From positions 180,172,001 to 180,236,000 of the forward strand of contig OZ024742.1 of the NCBI GenBank assembly GCA_964016885.1: a stretch of 64,000 nucleotides of DNA, in the 5' to 3' direction. The stretch comes from Eledone cirrhosa. Lineage: Eukaryota. Below the pieces are notes generated by a model that was given only the letters and a program-made list of their open reading frames with translations, ran no database searches and was not told the origin of the DNA. The first letter of the stretch is position 1. Every line of letters begins with the position of its first letter. Both the position numbers and the translations under genes were made by a program. This document shows, in pieces, positions 13,501-26,942 of the stretch.

Positions 13501-14740
13501 ACAAAAATTCGAAAATTCTTAACCATGCACAGAATGCATCACCCTAAGGCAGATACAGATAGAATATATCTCCATAGGAAAGAAGGAGGACGTGGGTTAA
13601 TCCAGTTAGACATTGCGTTGAAAACTGCAACAATTGGATTATCTAAGGGAATAACATTATTGGATGATCAAACTCGTTTTGAAACAGGAAAGCATCAAAA
13701 GATCATACTCCATTACAAAAGATGCACAAAGATACAGTAATGGACTACACATTTCAGAAGTCCCATTTACTGCTGAAATGGAAAACACAGAAAAAGCAAA
13801 GCAGGTAAAAGTAACTGCAAAGAAAGAACTGCTACAGAAACTGGCTAAGAAATGGCAAGAAAAGCCTCTGTATGGAAAATACCCAGAACGAGCTAACAAT
13901 CTTGATGTTGACAAAACTTTAACCCATCAGTGGTTGGCATCCTCTGGACTGAAATCGGAGACTGAAGGACTGATTATATCAGCACAAGATCAGTGTCTGC
14001 CAACAAAAAATTACCAAGCCAACATAATAAAAAATGGATGCAGCCCATTATGCCGTGTATGCAAAAAACAACCAGAGACCATTGACCATATAATTTCAAT
14101 GTGCAGTCCTATAGCTCCAACCGAATACCTAAACAGGCATGACAGAGCTGCACAATACATACATTGGATAATGTGTAAGCATTTTGACCTGCCCCATAAA
14201 AAGAATTGGTGGGAGCATCAACCACCTCCCATACTTGAAAAAGATCACATCTCAATCTTGTGGAACTTTAGGTGCAAATAGACCTGATATAATATTGAAG
14301 GACTTTCAAAAGAAGGTAAACCTGCTAATTTATATGTCCGTTCCAATAGACAAGAATGTATCTATAAAAACATTTGAAAAATTGAGCAAGTATAAGGACC
14401 TGGAGATAGAAATTGGAAAAATGTGGAAATTGAGAACTAAAACGATACCAGTGGTTGTAGGCGCTCTAGGAATGATACCTAAGGGGTCTAATGACTACTT
14501 ATCGCAAATCCCAGGAAACCCGCGTATAGGAGAAATACAAAAGATAGTACTAATGTGAACTGCCAATATACTAAGGAAGATTCTGTCAATATAAGTACAT
14601 CACAAGTCTAAACACCGAAAGATGCATGTGTGAGTATGTATGTTCTTTTTTGAACATGGCGGACCGTGTTGTCTCTTGAGGTGACTGGTTGTGACTTGGT
14701 GATAACTCGTATGAACATAAAGTAAGATAAATGCAGCTGT
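10511..14740 (+). mobile_element. R4/Dong-type non-LTR retrotransposon (RLE endonuclease), near full length, ending in (TAA)n
   Basis: KWSREDNKEV N-terminus; WKSPGKDKI, YRPITCL, WIDYKKAFDS, GMFQGDSLSP, YMDDLKL (RT); CRVC..ETIDHIISMC, RHD, RPDI, KLSKYKDL (RLE). Internal deletion near 13447. 5' boundary uncertain. Confidence 0.9.
11400..14594 (+). pseudogene. Single RT-RLE ORF of the R4/Dong element, disrupted
   Basis: ORF pieces 11473-12753, 12828-13064, 13128-13433, 13525-13740, 13664-14281 and 14184-14558 are collinear. Confidence 0.88.
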
Positions 14741-15009
14741 AATAATAATAATAATAATGATTTCTTTATTAACCACAAGGGTTTACATAAAGTAGACATT
14801 AAGGACAGTGCAGGACAATACAGGACGGTACTAATGGACATTTCTGCGTGTAAAAAACAAAAACAGAGGATGTAACAAAAAAATAACAATGAAAAATTCC
14901 CCAATAGGGGGGAGACTTCCGAGGGACATTTGTGGAGAAAGCCCAGTAAAAGGCCACAGTGACCCTGACCACCTAGGCAAGTGCCCTCTCCCAGTTTTCC
15001 ACCTTTAAT

Positions 15010-18000
15010 TTACATATACGTAATCAGAGTAGGCCATTCACTCGGGCCATTCTTGCTTCTCTCACTCATCTTTCAACAAAATGCTGGGAAGAGAGCACTT
15101 ACCTCTCTACTCTGATTTTCCTTTTCAAATGAAATTTGAAAAAGTCAATCAGGGCATCACCGAAGAGGTAAGTGCTCGTCTTCAGCCCTTTCAAACGTGT
15201 CCACCATACAATCTCTTTCGCCATGGTCACCAGACAGATAAACACTGCCTGCCCTTCGCGGCTAAAGGAAGAGGGCGGCGCAATCCTCACGATGGACTCA
15301 GATGATAGCCGGATCCATCCTACACGCGACAGCAGGTGTTCGACATAAACCCACAAGTCAGCAATGCTCGGACACTGGACGAGTGCATGCAGGATGGTGT
15401 CGTCGCCCTGCGCGCATCTCGGACATGCTCGGCTGACGGCACCTCCATGCCTGTAGAGTTTATCCCGAACTGGCAAGGCTCCTCGGTAGCACTGCCAAGC
15501 CAGGGATTTCTGGAGGTTGTCCATAGGTCCCGGCCCGAAAGTTCTTCCGTAGAGATTGGTTAGTTGATTTTCGTCGACGCCTAGAGTTTCCCCAAGTACG
15601 TCGTCGCTCTTCCTCTCCACTAATCCTCTATAGAACGCCGAGGTGGAGATTCCACCGATCACATTGCCCGATTGGTCGAGGGCTGTGAGCGCCTGAAGAC
15701 ATTCCAGTCTCCAAGCGCTCCTTCTCGGTCTTCGCTTAACCCAGGACTGCAGCTCCGTCAAGGAAAAGAGCTGGGGAAATACGTGTCTAGCAAACGGCGA
15801 CCACACCTGATCACCGTCGAGGAAGAGGTGGATATGTCATAGCCTGAGCGCGTGTCTGCGCATCATCAGCCACGGCATGCCCAGCCCTCCACGTAGCGGG
15901 TGTTGACAGCAGATGGACCTCCTGACCATCGGAGCGCGTCCCCTTACAAAAAGCGAAAGAGCAAACTCTCCAGCGCAGTCAGGGGGGGGCTTAGGATAAG
16001 GTACGACGGTCAGGCGGTAACAGATGACAGACGCGATGTACGGGTTAGCCACCTCTGCTCAACCTTTCAGGGATAGCTTCCTCTCCGCCCATTTCTCCGC
16101 CACCCTGCTCGTCTCCTTGTCCCAGTTTTTGTCCGTCTGGAGGTCCGGACCGAACCAGACCCTAGCAATTTAACCGGTCCGTCCGTCCAGCGTCCGACGA
16201 CGCTGTTGGACGGCATGGACCTGCCACTCCAGGTGCCGAGCTGCAGGCCCACTGACCTTTCCTGGTTGATCATTGCTGCTGTCACCGCTTCGTATTCTCT
16301 TAGTGTAGTGCCGATCGCCTCGATGTGTTTGGCGTTCGACACCACTACAGTGACATCTTCCGCATATGCTGACACGGATCTTCCGTATCCTAGTTAGGGC
16401 GGGACGCCCCTCAACGTCTCCAGTTTGTGCAGTAATGGCTCGAGAGTCAGTACGTACAAGAGGGACGAGAGGGGACATCATTGGCGGACCGAGCGCATGA
16501 TGTTGAACGGTTCCGAAAGGTGACCGTTCACTCTCACCACAGAGCAGATGTCGCTGTGCATGGCAGCGATCTAGCCTCTGAAGACGGGCCCAAAGCCAGC
16601 CGCCCTCAGGACTGCCGCTAGGTAACGATGGTCGACCCTATCGAAAGCTTTCGACTGATCTAAATTTATCAAGGACCCACCCGTGCCATGTTCCCTAGCT
16701 ACCCTCTCTACGATGTATCGCATGAGGTGGAGGTTGTCGTGGATGGATCTGTCGGGAATGGCGCATGTCTGCGCTTCTCCCACCGGACCACCAACGACAA
16801 GTGCCAAACTCCTTGCTAGCACCTTGGCCAAAATCTTGAATTCTGTGTTTAGCAGAGTTATGGGCCTGAAATTATCTGTTATCCCACTTGTTCGGATCCT
16901 TTCTCAGCAGTGCCACCGCTCCTCGGCTCACAGAGCTGGGAATTCTCCCGTTCTGTTGCCGGTTTCAGTAGACGTCCGCTAAGAGGCCTCCGAACAAGTC
17001 TGGCATCTGTACGTAAAGTTCATAGGGCAGACCATCCAAACCAGGCGATTTACCCCTTGTGCAGATAGTCATTGCCTCCCGTACTTCAGCCGCTGTTATC
17101 GGCTTTTCGCAACACTCCGCCTCAGTGGCCGAGAGCCGCGGCAGTCCGTCGAGGTAGACACTAAAGTCCATCCCCCAACCCGGCCCACCGCTGCCCCCGA
17201 ACAGCTGCGCGAAGTGTCGCTGAAAAGCTTCACACATTTGCCCGGGATCGAGTAGCATGCGCCCGTCGTGGTCCACCAAAGACCGGATCGTGGCTTTGTT
17301 GCCACGACGCGCCTCCGCCACTCGGGCCCATTGAACGGCTTTCGTCCCCTCGTGTCTGAGAGCACGCACCCTAGCTCTGACAACGCAGCCTTCGTGCTTT
17401 GCATTGAAGAATTGGTCAAGGGTCAATTTCGCCGCAAGCACGTCGGTCGCGATGCCTTTGCTAAGCGCCTCGCCTAATTTTCTAACTAGTTCTCCCTCTA
17501 CTCTATTTTTCTCTATTGCCAAAGCCTTACTAAACCTAATGGATTCTATTCTAATCGCTCTTTTCAGAGCAAACCACCACTTGTTGTTGAGGATGGCCCC
17601 CGTCAACGCCCGCTTAACTAGTTTGCTAATCCGGTCTCTGTAGGCCTTGCGCGCTGGTAAGGACGCGTTTAGCTTCCAGTAGCCGGGTCCTCGTCTATGA
17701 AGTCTATCTAAGTCAAGCACACAGATCACGAATTTGTGGTCCGTGTAGCTGACTATCTTGAATTGTGGACAGCCTATGCTAGACCTATCTATTTCCCTAC
17801 AAAATACTCTATCTAGATATGATCTGGCTGACCCTATATGATTTGTCCAAGTCCAGATTGGCACATTCGGGAAATCCAATCGCTACCTGTCAGACAGTTC
17901 AAAACGCCTGAGCAGGTTGGTGAGGCTCTTGCACCCTCCACCCCTATCCGGTAATCCCACACAGTCCCAGCATGCATCTAAGATCCCGTTCCAGTCGCCC

Positions 18001-18417
18001 ACTAACACTAAAGAGCGGGACGTTCCAAGAAAGTACTTCAGACGCCGGAAGAAATCAGGCCGCCCTGCTCCTGTTGGGGCATAGACGGCCACTAGCCTGA
18101 AAGCTTGCCCGTCTCCGCTGGTCAGGTCCAGCACCACCAACTTACACTCTGGGTCCAGGAAGATGGCCCGTATGGCGAGATCCAACCTCTCCGAAAAAGC
18201 ACAGCAACCCCCCCCCCCCCGATCCAGGACGGCTGGGAGATGCGTACACATCGTAGCCGCCGAAGGTCGGTGCGAAGGCCAGTGCTTCGGAGATTCTGGT
18301 CTTGCTGATGGCCACTACATCTATGTTTAGTGACCTGAGGTCGTTGAGCAGGTGACCCTGCTTCCATGACGACCCCAAGCCACGCGCATTTATGCTGCCT
18401 ATTCTGAGTGAGGTCAT
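15010..18417 (-). pseudogene. ORF2 of copy B (APE + RT), disrupted
   Basis: MTSLRIGSINARGL start, GKSPGLDG, LDQSKAFDRV, YAED (from YADD), CPRC...HALVQC. Confidence 0.92.
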
Positions 18418-18452
18418 GTTGAAAATGGAGTGGAAAAGATGGGAAAGACCAC

Positions 18453-20563
18453 TTACCTTACTTTTCGTAGGGGAAGGATGGTTTCTCCAACCCTTTTCAC
18501 TTGATCGTCTGATGAAGGGACCATTGAATCGTCCCTTCGGCTAGTCGTCGGCTCTTCTATGAGTATGTCCGAATATACTCTCCGGTTGAGAGTCCCTCCT
18601 AGGTCTCTGAAATCACCAACTGCGTTGGGGAATTTCGTTTTAATGTTTGTGTATTGTTTCTGTGCTATATTTACCAGTCTTATATTCGTTGGCGTTTTGA
18701 TTGGTGCTGGTATTATGTAGTCGTGTTGTGAAATGTCTGTGTGTTCAATTATGTAAGTCATTAGTTTCTTGTTGTGTGTATTTATTGCCGTGCATTTGTT
18801 TTTCTGGGGGTGGGGTGGGGTGGGGTTCTGCTATTTTCTTGTTGTTGTTGCTGGGTGTGTGTGTTTTGTTGTTGTGTTTGCGATGTTGGTGCTTGTGGTG
18901 GTGGTGTTGAAGGTGTTGTTGTTGTTGGCGGTGGGGTTGTCGCCGGTGGTGATGGTGGGGCTAGTGTGGGTGGTGATGGTGTTGGTGGTGTTGCTGCTGT
19001 GAGTCTCTTTGCAGTAGCCTTTACCCTTTTTTCATTTCTTTCCTCCCTTTTCGAAGGCGACGATGCGCTGCTTCTGCGTTTGTGCCTTCTTACGACCTTT
19101 TGCCATCCCTCTGCCACCTCACACTCCATGTCTGATTCTGTGAGGTCGGGGAGGGGTACCAGCTCCACTCTTTCACTTGTTGTTGTTGGTGATGTTTGCA
19201 CTAGAGTCTCTGTTGCAGCTGCATTTGGTATTGCTGTTGTTGTTGTTAATACTTCCACTGCTGCTGCTGTTTTTGATTTCCGTGGCGTGGGTAAAGGTGC
19301 CACGGACCTATCGTTCCTGGTTGCCGCTTGTCCTGTTGCTGGTAGCCGTGGAGCCGGTTTCAGAAGGAGGGGGTTTTCTCCTTTCTCAGGGTGTTCTCGT
19401 TGCAGAAGGCCCTGAGGTGAGTCTTCGATCCACAGCGAAAGAATTTCGGGCGTTTTCCCTCAACACTTATGGGCAGTTGAGTGCCGTTATCGAAGTCTAT
19501 CACATCCGGGATAGCTTCGATGCACTCCTGGTTGATTTAGATTAACATCTCAATGGAGGTGCCGACCCAATCTTCTCTCACTTTTTTCTGTACTTGCAGT
19601 ACAGTTGTTTTGTCCTCGATTCCGACGAGGACAGACGCAGCCAGCCAAGAAGGGGCCATCGCGGGGGGGGGGGGGGGGGGGACGTGGGTCAGTTTGACCC
19701 TCACAATTTTTTGCCCGCAGTAGGAGGGCACCAACACCATTTCCTCGCTCCTTAGGGTCACTAAGGATTGAGCCTTTGCCTCCTGGGGTGTGGCAAAAAT
19801 CACGTCTACGGTGGGATATTTCTTGCCTCGGGTGATGTGCGTTTTCCGCTGCCACACAGACCCTAAGGCTTTTTGTATTTGAGCCTCTGTGGCTCTTTCA
19901 ACCCTACAGGATTTTGTGCTTACTGTACGGTGCGTGACCGTACAGTGCTGTTGCACAGATTGCTCGGTGTCCTGTTTTTGTCACCATCTTCTTCGCTTCC
20001 TCTAATTCCTCATTTGTTATGAGGATGGTTTCCAGGTTCTTTGCGATACCTGCAAACGAGATTGTTGTTGTTGTTGTCGTCAGAGCTGCTGTTACTTTTG
20101 TTGTTGCTGCAGGTACTACGACTACTGCCGCCGCCGCTGTTGCTGTGGTTGTTGTTGTTGTTGTTGCTGCTGCTGCTGTTGTTGTTGCTGCTAATCCTGT
20201 TGTTGTTTATGCTGCTGCTGCTGATGCTGTTGCGGCTGCTACTGTTGTTTTCCTTGTCACTGTTGCTGCTGCTCATGTTATTACGGCTGCTACTGCTATT
20301 ATTCCTGACGTCAGACGAATGAAAAGGGTTTTCGTATTTCCCGCACACCTTCTTCGTCGTTGTCGCCGTCGTCGTGGAGAAATTGTGCATGCTTTGCACG
20401 TGATTTTCCTTTACTGGCGTCGCTTGCGAAAGAGAAGGGAGGGAGAGAGACACATTTAGAGAAGGGAGGGAGAAAGACAATCTTCTCTCTGCTGTAGTGA
20501 CGATTGAGGAAGAAGAAGACGGAATGAGTGGAGTGACCTATGAAAATTCTTTTTCGTAGCCAT
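18453..20563 (-). pseudogene. ORF1 of copy B, disrupted
   Basis: LVPSYCGQKIVRVKLTHVPP and VEGKRPKFFRCGSKTHLRAFC align with copy A ORF1; Asn/Ser low-complexity N-terminus. Confidence 0.8.
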
Positions 20564-20776
20564 GTTTTTTTGGTTTAAAATAAATATTGGGCACTAAACC
20601 CCAATAAGCGGTTATTTAACCCTGTAGGGCCAAATAACGGGCAGAAAGACGCCTCTCACGAGGAGGAGGGTGTTTTTGTCTACAATTTGGTTAAAGTTTT
20701 AAACAATTTACAATTGTTATAGCGGTCAAAATTTACAATACCTTACAGAGCCGAGCCTCCGTCAACCATAGCATTC

Positions 20777-20831
<55 letters not shown>

Positions 20832-20835
<4 letters not shown>

Positions 20836-21710
20836 CCAGAGCGAGCTAACAATCTTGATGTTGACAAAACTTTAACCCATCAGTGGTTGGCATCCTCTGG
20901 ACTGAAATCGGAGACTGAAGGACTGATTTTATCGGCACAAGATCAGTGTCTGCCAACAAAAAATTACCAAGCCAACATAATAAAAAATGGGTGCAGCCCA
21001 TTATGCCGTGTATGCAAAAAACAACCAGAGACCATTGACCATACAATTTCAATGTGCAGTTCTATAACTCCAACCGAATACCTAAACAGGCATGACAGAG
21101 CTGCACAATACATACATTGGATAATGTGTAAGCATTTTGACCTGCCCCATCAAAAGAATTGGTGGGAGCATCAACCACCTCCCATACTTGAAAAAGATCA
21201 CATCTCAATCTTGTGGAACTTTAGCATCCAAACAGACCGAAAAATAGATGCAAATAGACCTGATATAATATTGAAGGACTTTCAAAGGAGGGTATGCCTG
21301 CTAATTGATATGTCTGTTCCAATAGAAAAGAATGTATCTATAAAAACATTTGAAAAATTGAGCAAGTATAAGGACCTGGAGATAGAAATTGGAAAAATGT
21401 GGAAATTGAGAACTAAAACAATACCAGTGGTTGTAGGCGCTCTGGGAATGATACCTAAGGGGTCTAATGACTACTTATCGCAAATCCCAGGAAACCCGCG
21501 TATAGGAGAAATACAAAAGATAGTACTAATGGGAACTGCCCATATACTAAGGAAGATCCTGTCAATATAAGTACATCACAAGTCTAAACACTAAGGATGC
21601 ATGTGTGAATATGTATGTTCTTTTTTTAACATGGCGGACCTTGTTGTCTCTTGAGGTCACTGGTTGTGACTTGGTGATAACTCGTATGAACATAAAGCAA
21701 GATAAATGCA
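20832..21710 (+). mobile_element. 5'-truncated R4/Dong copy with intact RLE C-terminus
   Basis: Near-identical to 13880-14735; ORF 20887-21570 has CCHC, RHD, PD..D and K..KY; flanked by (AAT)n. Confidence 0.92.
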
Positions 21711-21712
21711 AA

Positions 21713-21746
<34 letters not shown>

Positions 21747-22559
21747 TCAAAGTGATACAAATTGTTTAAAGAAAAGTTGCTTCCATATTGGATTGTAGCA
21801 ATATTTACTGTCACTCCGTAAACAATGAAGTTTATAAACAAACATTCTTTCAACACTGGGTGATTCATACTACTGAACAAATATTTCAATACTAGATGTA
21901 CCATCGTGTAGTGGAACTATATACTTGTTGTATACAGAGCAAAATGGTAGATACATATAGAGGTGTATGTACATATGTTTGTATATGTGTGTATGTTCAT
22001 ATGAGAGTATATATGTGTGAATGTGAGTTTGTGTATGCATCACCGTCATCGTTTAATGTCTATCTTCCACGCTAGCATGGCTTTAGACATGTGTATATAA
22101 TTTTGTGTATTTGTGTATGTGCGTGTATATGTTATGTAGGTTTGTATGTATGTTTGTATGTATATGAGTAAACAAAATTATTCACCTTGTGTGGCAGCCT
22201 GTCTAGGAGAAGGATCACGTTGATGTGAAAGCTGGGGAAGATTGGACTCCTTAGACATAATTATGATAACATATCTGTGCACAGAACCTCAGATATCACC
22301 CTGGTTGGTATCAGGGCATGTAGTAAGTTCACTGGGAATGAAAAATTCTGAGTTTTTATAGCATTCTTATATGAGACGGAAAGTCTGATGTGAAACCAAG
22401 TGAAACACGATAAATACTAGTTACAGACCTGGGGCGAGATATAGTTTTCTCTAGATGGGGGTAGATAGAGGCTATATATGTCATGGTAGAAATCTATCTA
22501 ATGATGGTGTCATGATAAAAATACTGGAAAGGAAAACCTTTAAACCATGATACCTTAAA

Positions 22560-24710
22560 TATGTGAAAATATTATATACATTGAATGTAGAAAACAACGT
22601 AATTGGGGCTGGAACCTCAGTTTAAAGTCTCTCATCTGGAAGGTGTCCCATTGCGCAGCAGAGTGGGCCTGATTGTTTAAAAAAATACTGCTGAAGTGAC
22701 AAAAGTTAAATGGACAATAAAGTTCAGCAAATTGTAATGGAATACTACTTTTGAAAATGACCAGGAGTAAGGAAATACAGAAAAAGAATGGTCACTATCT
22801 GGAATGAAACTGAAGCATAGCTAACTAGGCAGGCAAGATGTATATGAGAAAGAGGCTGGTTGTCATGTGTAGAAATAGAGGAGATTGAAAGAATGATTGA
22901 GAAAACTGAGGGTAACAGAGAAATTACAGTGAATAGGGAGGACATCATGAAAAAGAGAATGAAATGCAAAACAAGTAAGATTCTGTTGAAAGAGTTGTTG
23001 AAGGAAATATAGCGGAAAATAGTGAATATTATTGAAGAGAATATTGCCTCAATAAGGTGGCAGGTTGAAATTAGAAACAAAATTAAAGATGAACTACAAA
23101 AGGAAAACCCAGGTGAACTTGAAGTAATTAATCTGGGGGCTACTGATTACAAGAATATTAAAGAGAAAACTAAGCTTCTCAACGAAGTCATAAGCACAAT
23201 ACAAACAGAAAAAATACATTAGTGACACAAACCTCCTAATACCACCTGGAGCAAATGTTGTAGCTGACTTGATGGGAATTAAAAAGATAAAAAGGACTCA
23301 CAGGCAGCCATGATGGAAGAGAAGAATTCAGGACAGAGTTACAAAAGTGAGGAAAGATCTAAGCAAATTAGAGGAATGGAGAAAAAAGAATACTGGAAGC
23401 ACAATTTCATGTGAAGAATAAAAGAATTAAGGCAGTGTTGGAAGATGTGAAGCAATGAATAAGAAGCAAAGACTGCAAAACTAAAGAAATAAGAAGAACA
23501 AAGTAATCAACACATGCAGAATAGACTCTTTTAAATCAATCAAAAAAGATTGTTTGAGAAACTGGAAGGAATCAAAAGGAACAATGATGTGAGACCAGAA
23601 GAAAACATTCCTTTTTGGAACAACACAGTGATAAAGAAGATTGGAAAAAGAAGGTTGGAAAAAAAGGTAACAAGTGTACAGAAACAAGGAAACATTTAAA
23701 ATAACAAAATAGATGTTGAAAACCCAATTGCGAAAGATACCAAAATGGAAAGCAAGTGGGCCAGATCATGTAAATGGATACTGGTTAAAAAGCTTCAACA
23801 ACCTACATGAAGAAATAACTACACAGTTAGATGACGTCTTAAGTTCTGGAGAAACACCAGGATAGATAACAAAAGGATGCACATTGTCTTCTTTTGATGT
23901 GGAAGCCCCTAACAAGAATATTAGCAGAAGATATGTATATCAACATGGAGGGAGAAAATCTGCTTCCTGTTGTGCAGAGTGTAGGAATAATAGCAGAGGA
24001 ATGAAAGACCAGCTGATGATTGATAAAATGGTTCTCAGAACTGCAGAAAGAGGCTCACCAATCTATCCCTTACTTGGATCGACTACAAGAAGGCATATGA
24101 CATGGTGCCACATTCTTGGATTCTTCACTAAATGGAAAGTAGAATTGACATCAGCTGGAGAAAGATTAAGTACAGTGATGATAAAGCGAGCCATCTTCCA
24201 AGGAGACACTTTATCACCTATTTTGTTTGTTGTTGCAAAGTTACGACTGTCAGTTATTCTTAAATGAATGCCAATCAGATACAGTTTAGAGAAAGATAGC
24301 AGCAACTTCAATCATTTATTGTTTATGCGTGATTTAAAAATTTAGTCATAATGTAGAAGAGCTAAACACCTTAGTTGAAACATTCAGAGTAATTTCTGAA
24401 GATATTGGAATGGAGTTTGGCATTTGAAAGTGTACATGATAGAAGTGAAGCATGGAAAGCTAATAAAGTGTGATGGAATTGAACTACCAAATGGTGGATG
24501 AGTCAAGTCATTGAAAACAGATGGAGCATATAAATATCAAGTGTGCTACAAAGCCATAAAGTAAAAGCAAAAAAAAAAAAAAAAAATGAAATTGTTAGAA
24601 AAAGACTACTTTTGAAGATTGTGCAGGCAATAAATGCTAGAGTTGTTTCATTAATTAGGTATGGGGTGGGAATATTAGAATGGACAAAAGAAGAGTTAAA
24701 GTAACTAGCT
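22560..24710 (+). mobile_element. Old, heavily decayed R4/Dong-related RT element
   Basis: Remnants PKWKASGPDHVNGYWLK, KDQLMIDKMV, IFQGDTLSPILFV, HLLFMRDLK, DIGMEFG; many stops. Confidence 0.75.
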
Positions 24711-26425
24711 AATAAGTTTGCTTTGCGATAATTATGTCGTGGGCTTAATTCCATTCTGGGACATCTTGAGTAAGTGTCATTTACCATAGCTTTCAGTCGA
24801 CCCATGTCTCATGAGTGAAACAGGTTCATTGAAACTAAGAAGCTCATCAGATGGACTGTACCGGTAATTTAAATGGCTAGCCTTATCACACATTGAGTCA
24901 CACAGAATCTCATTGAGAATTACATTAAGGGCATACATGTATGAGGAATCATCAACCATTTACACATTACTTTCATGAGCAGACAGTCCCCTTGATTGAA
25001 CAACTGGAACACTCATCGTTAAAACTGGCGGAGGTCCATTCCACCTGGAATTCCATAAAAGTAGAGATAAACACTGACTTGGTAATCTTTGGAATCCAGG
25101 AATGTTTATCACCAAAAGAGCTGTTGTGGATTTGAACCAATAATCCATTGCTCATCAGAATCCATTTCCATATTTGCACAACTATTCCACCTCATTAGTG
25201 GTGGGACAGGTTTGGGGTTACTAGTGATGTTGTTATTGTTATTTCATGAGTTGACTTTTGTAAGATTTATTTAAATGCATAATTTTAACTTATGGGAAAA
25301 ATAATTAAAAAAAGTTTGTTAATTATCTTGCTTTCCTCTCTTCCTTCTACAACTCATAATCTTGTCTCTCAAACTATTAGCATTTCAGTTGAATCTTTCA
25401 CTTCATTAGCTTTCTAAGGATTATATTCCTAACGAGCTTTACTAAAGATTAGGTTCCAGTAATTTAATTGGTAGCAATTTTCATCAATGAAGATTTCGAT
25501 GCTGTATATGCAGATTAAAACAATTTCTAGAGAAGGTTGATTGCTGTCTCATTAACACTGATTTAACATAAGATGCTGACTGCAATCTAATCAAAATGGA
25601 AGATAAGAGAACCACTACTTATTTATTTATTTATCTATTTATTTACTTATTTATTCCACACTAGTGGATCTAAGCTATCAATAATGATGCCATAAAGCAT
25701 AAAATATATTCAATTTTTGTAGTTTTGGATTGATATGAAAAATATACCATGATCACAGGATATATGAACAATTACACGGACTGTGAAATTTTTTTTTTAT
25801 AAATGAATGATTTGCATAAGAGAAATCATATAGTTTATGCTCGTTGCTGACAAGTGGAATTGATAAAAGATCAAAATGATATTTAATCATTTATTTCTAG
25901 GATATAAATAAATACATCCAGCATATATGTAAAAATGACATACAGGATTAAATATATGATTAACTTTGGAGAAATAAATAAGGTTAGAACCCAGGATCTT
26001 GTGATTGAAAAGCAAACTTCATATTGTAGCAACATTACTGAGGAGTATGCTTGTGTAAATTTTAAAGAATTACAGGCTGAGATTTATATAAATATACAAA
26101 CAGATGTGGTGCATTATTATGGTTGATCACAACTTGTTAACAATAGCATTATTGATTATGGGTTTCCAATAAACTAATCAGTAATTCATTATGCTTCTGA
26201 AAGTGTGAGGGTCATGGGAGTATTTATAACTCAGTGTATAACAAACACTACAAGGAATTTTGTTTGCAAAAACTAACTTTTCCGTTTTCTTGCTGAAGTT
26301 TACATTCTTTGTAGAGATATATTAAGGAAAGCCAAACACACACATATACGTACATATGTATCTGTATGTATGTATATATATATATATATATATAGAAGTG
26401 GTAACACAACAGTTAGTTCACCATA

Positions 26426-26464
26426 CCGAGGACAATGTTTCACCTTAGCGGATCCTCAGCTCGG
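26426..26464 (-). ncRNA. Type-I minimal hammerhead ribozyme motif
   Basis: Reverse strand: CCGAG-CUGAGGA-uCCgcuaaGGu-GAAA-CAuUG-UC/CUCGG; 5-bp stem I, GUC triplet. Confidence 0.75.
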
Positions 26465-26514
26465 ACTGGTCATGGTTATACCATACTCGACCACTATGGA
26501 TATTACCTTCCAGT

Positions 26515-26623
<109 letters not shown>

Positions 26624-26671
26624 GCTGTGTATATATATATATATATATATACATACATACATTTATATCTC

Positions 26672-26711
<40 letters not shown>

Positions 26712-26748
26712 ATATTAATAAATGGAAACTATATTTATAAAACCATAA

Positions 26749-26816
26749 TTATTTTATTATATATATTTCAAGGGCGACCAAGGGAAATTATGGTGCGCTT
26801 TCATCAGATAAAATAA
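26749..26816 (-). ncRNA. Type-I hammerhead ribozyme motif
   Basis: Reverse strand: UUAUUUUAU-CUGAUGA-aagcgcacca...uggucgcccuu-GAAA-UAUAUA-UA/AUAAAAUAA; 9-bp stem I. Confidence 0.85.
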
Positions 26817-26908
26817 AGATTTGTTTTATAAATAAATATTGACATACCCGGAAAAAAAAATATATATATATAAACATATGTATCTGTGTGTATATATATA
26901 CACACACA

Positions 26909-26942
<34 letters not shown>

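Larger units (their letters stand above)
14759..20776 (-). mobile_element. Tx1/L1-clade non-LTR retrotransposon copy B, near full length, in (AAT)n
   Basis: ORF2 and 3'UTR nearly identical to copy A; ORF1 is homologous but divergent; (AAT)n flanks. Confidence 0.92.

Noticed and set aside
9790-19681. Programmed frameshifting at G/C homopolymers in the Tx1 ORFs
   Set aside because: Run lengths differ between copies; replication slippage or sequencing error is the simpler explanation.
4654-21710. Segmental tandem duplication of a Tx1+Dong block
   Set aside because: The Tx1 5' halves differ and the second Dong copy is independently truncated and lacks lesions of the first, so separate insertions fit better.
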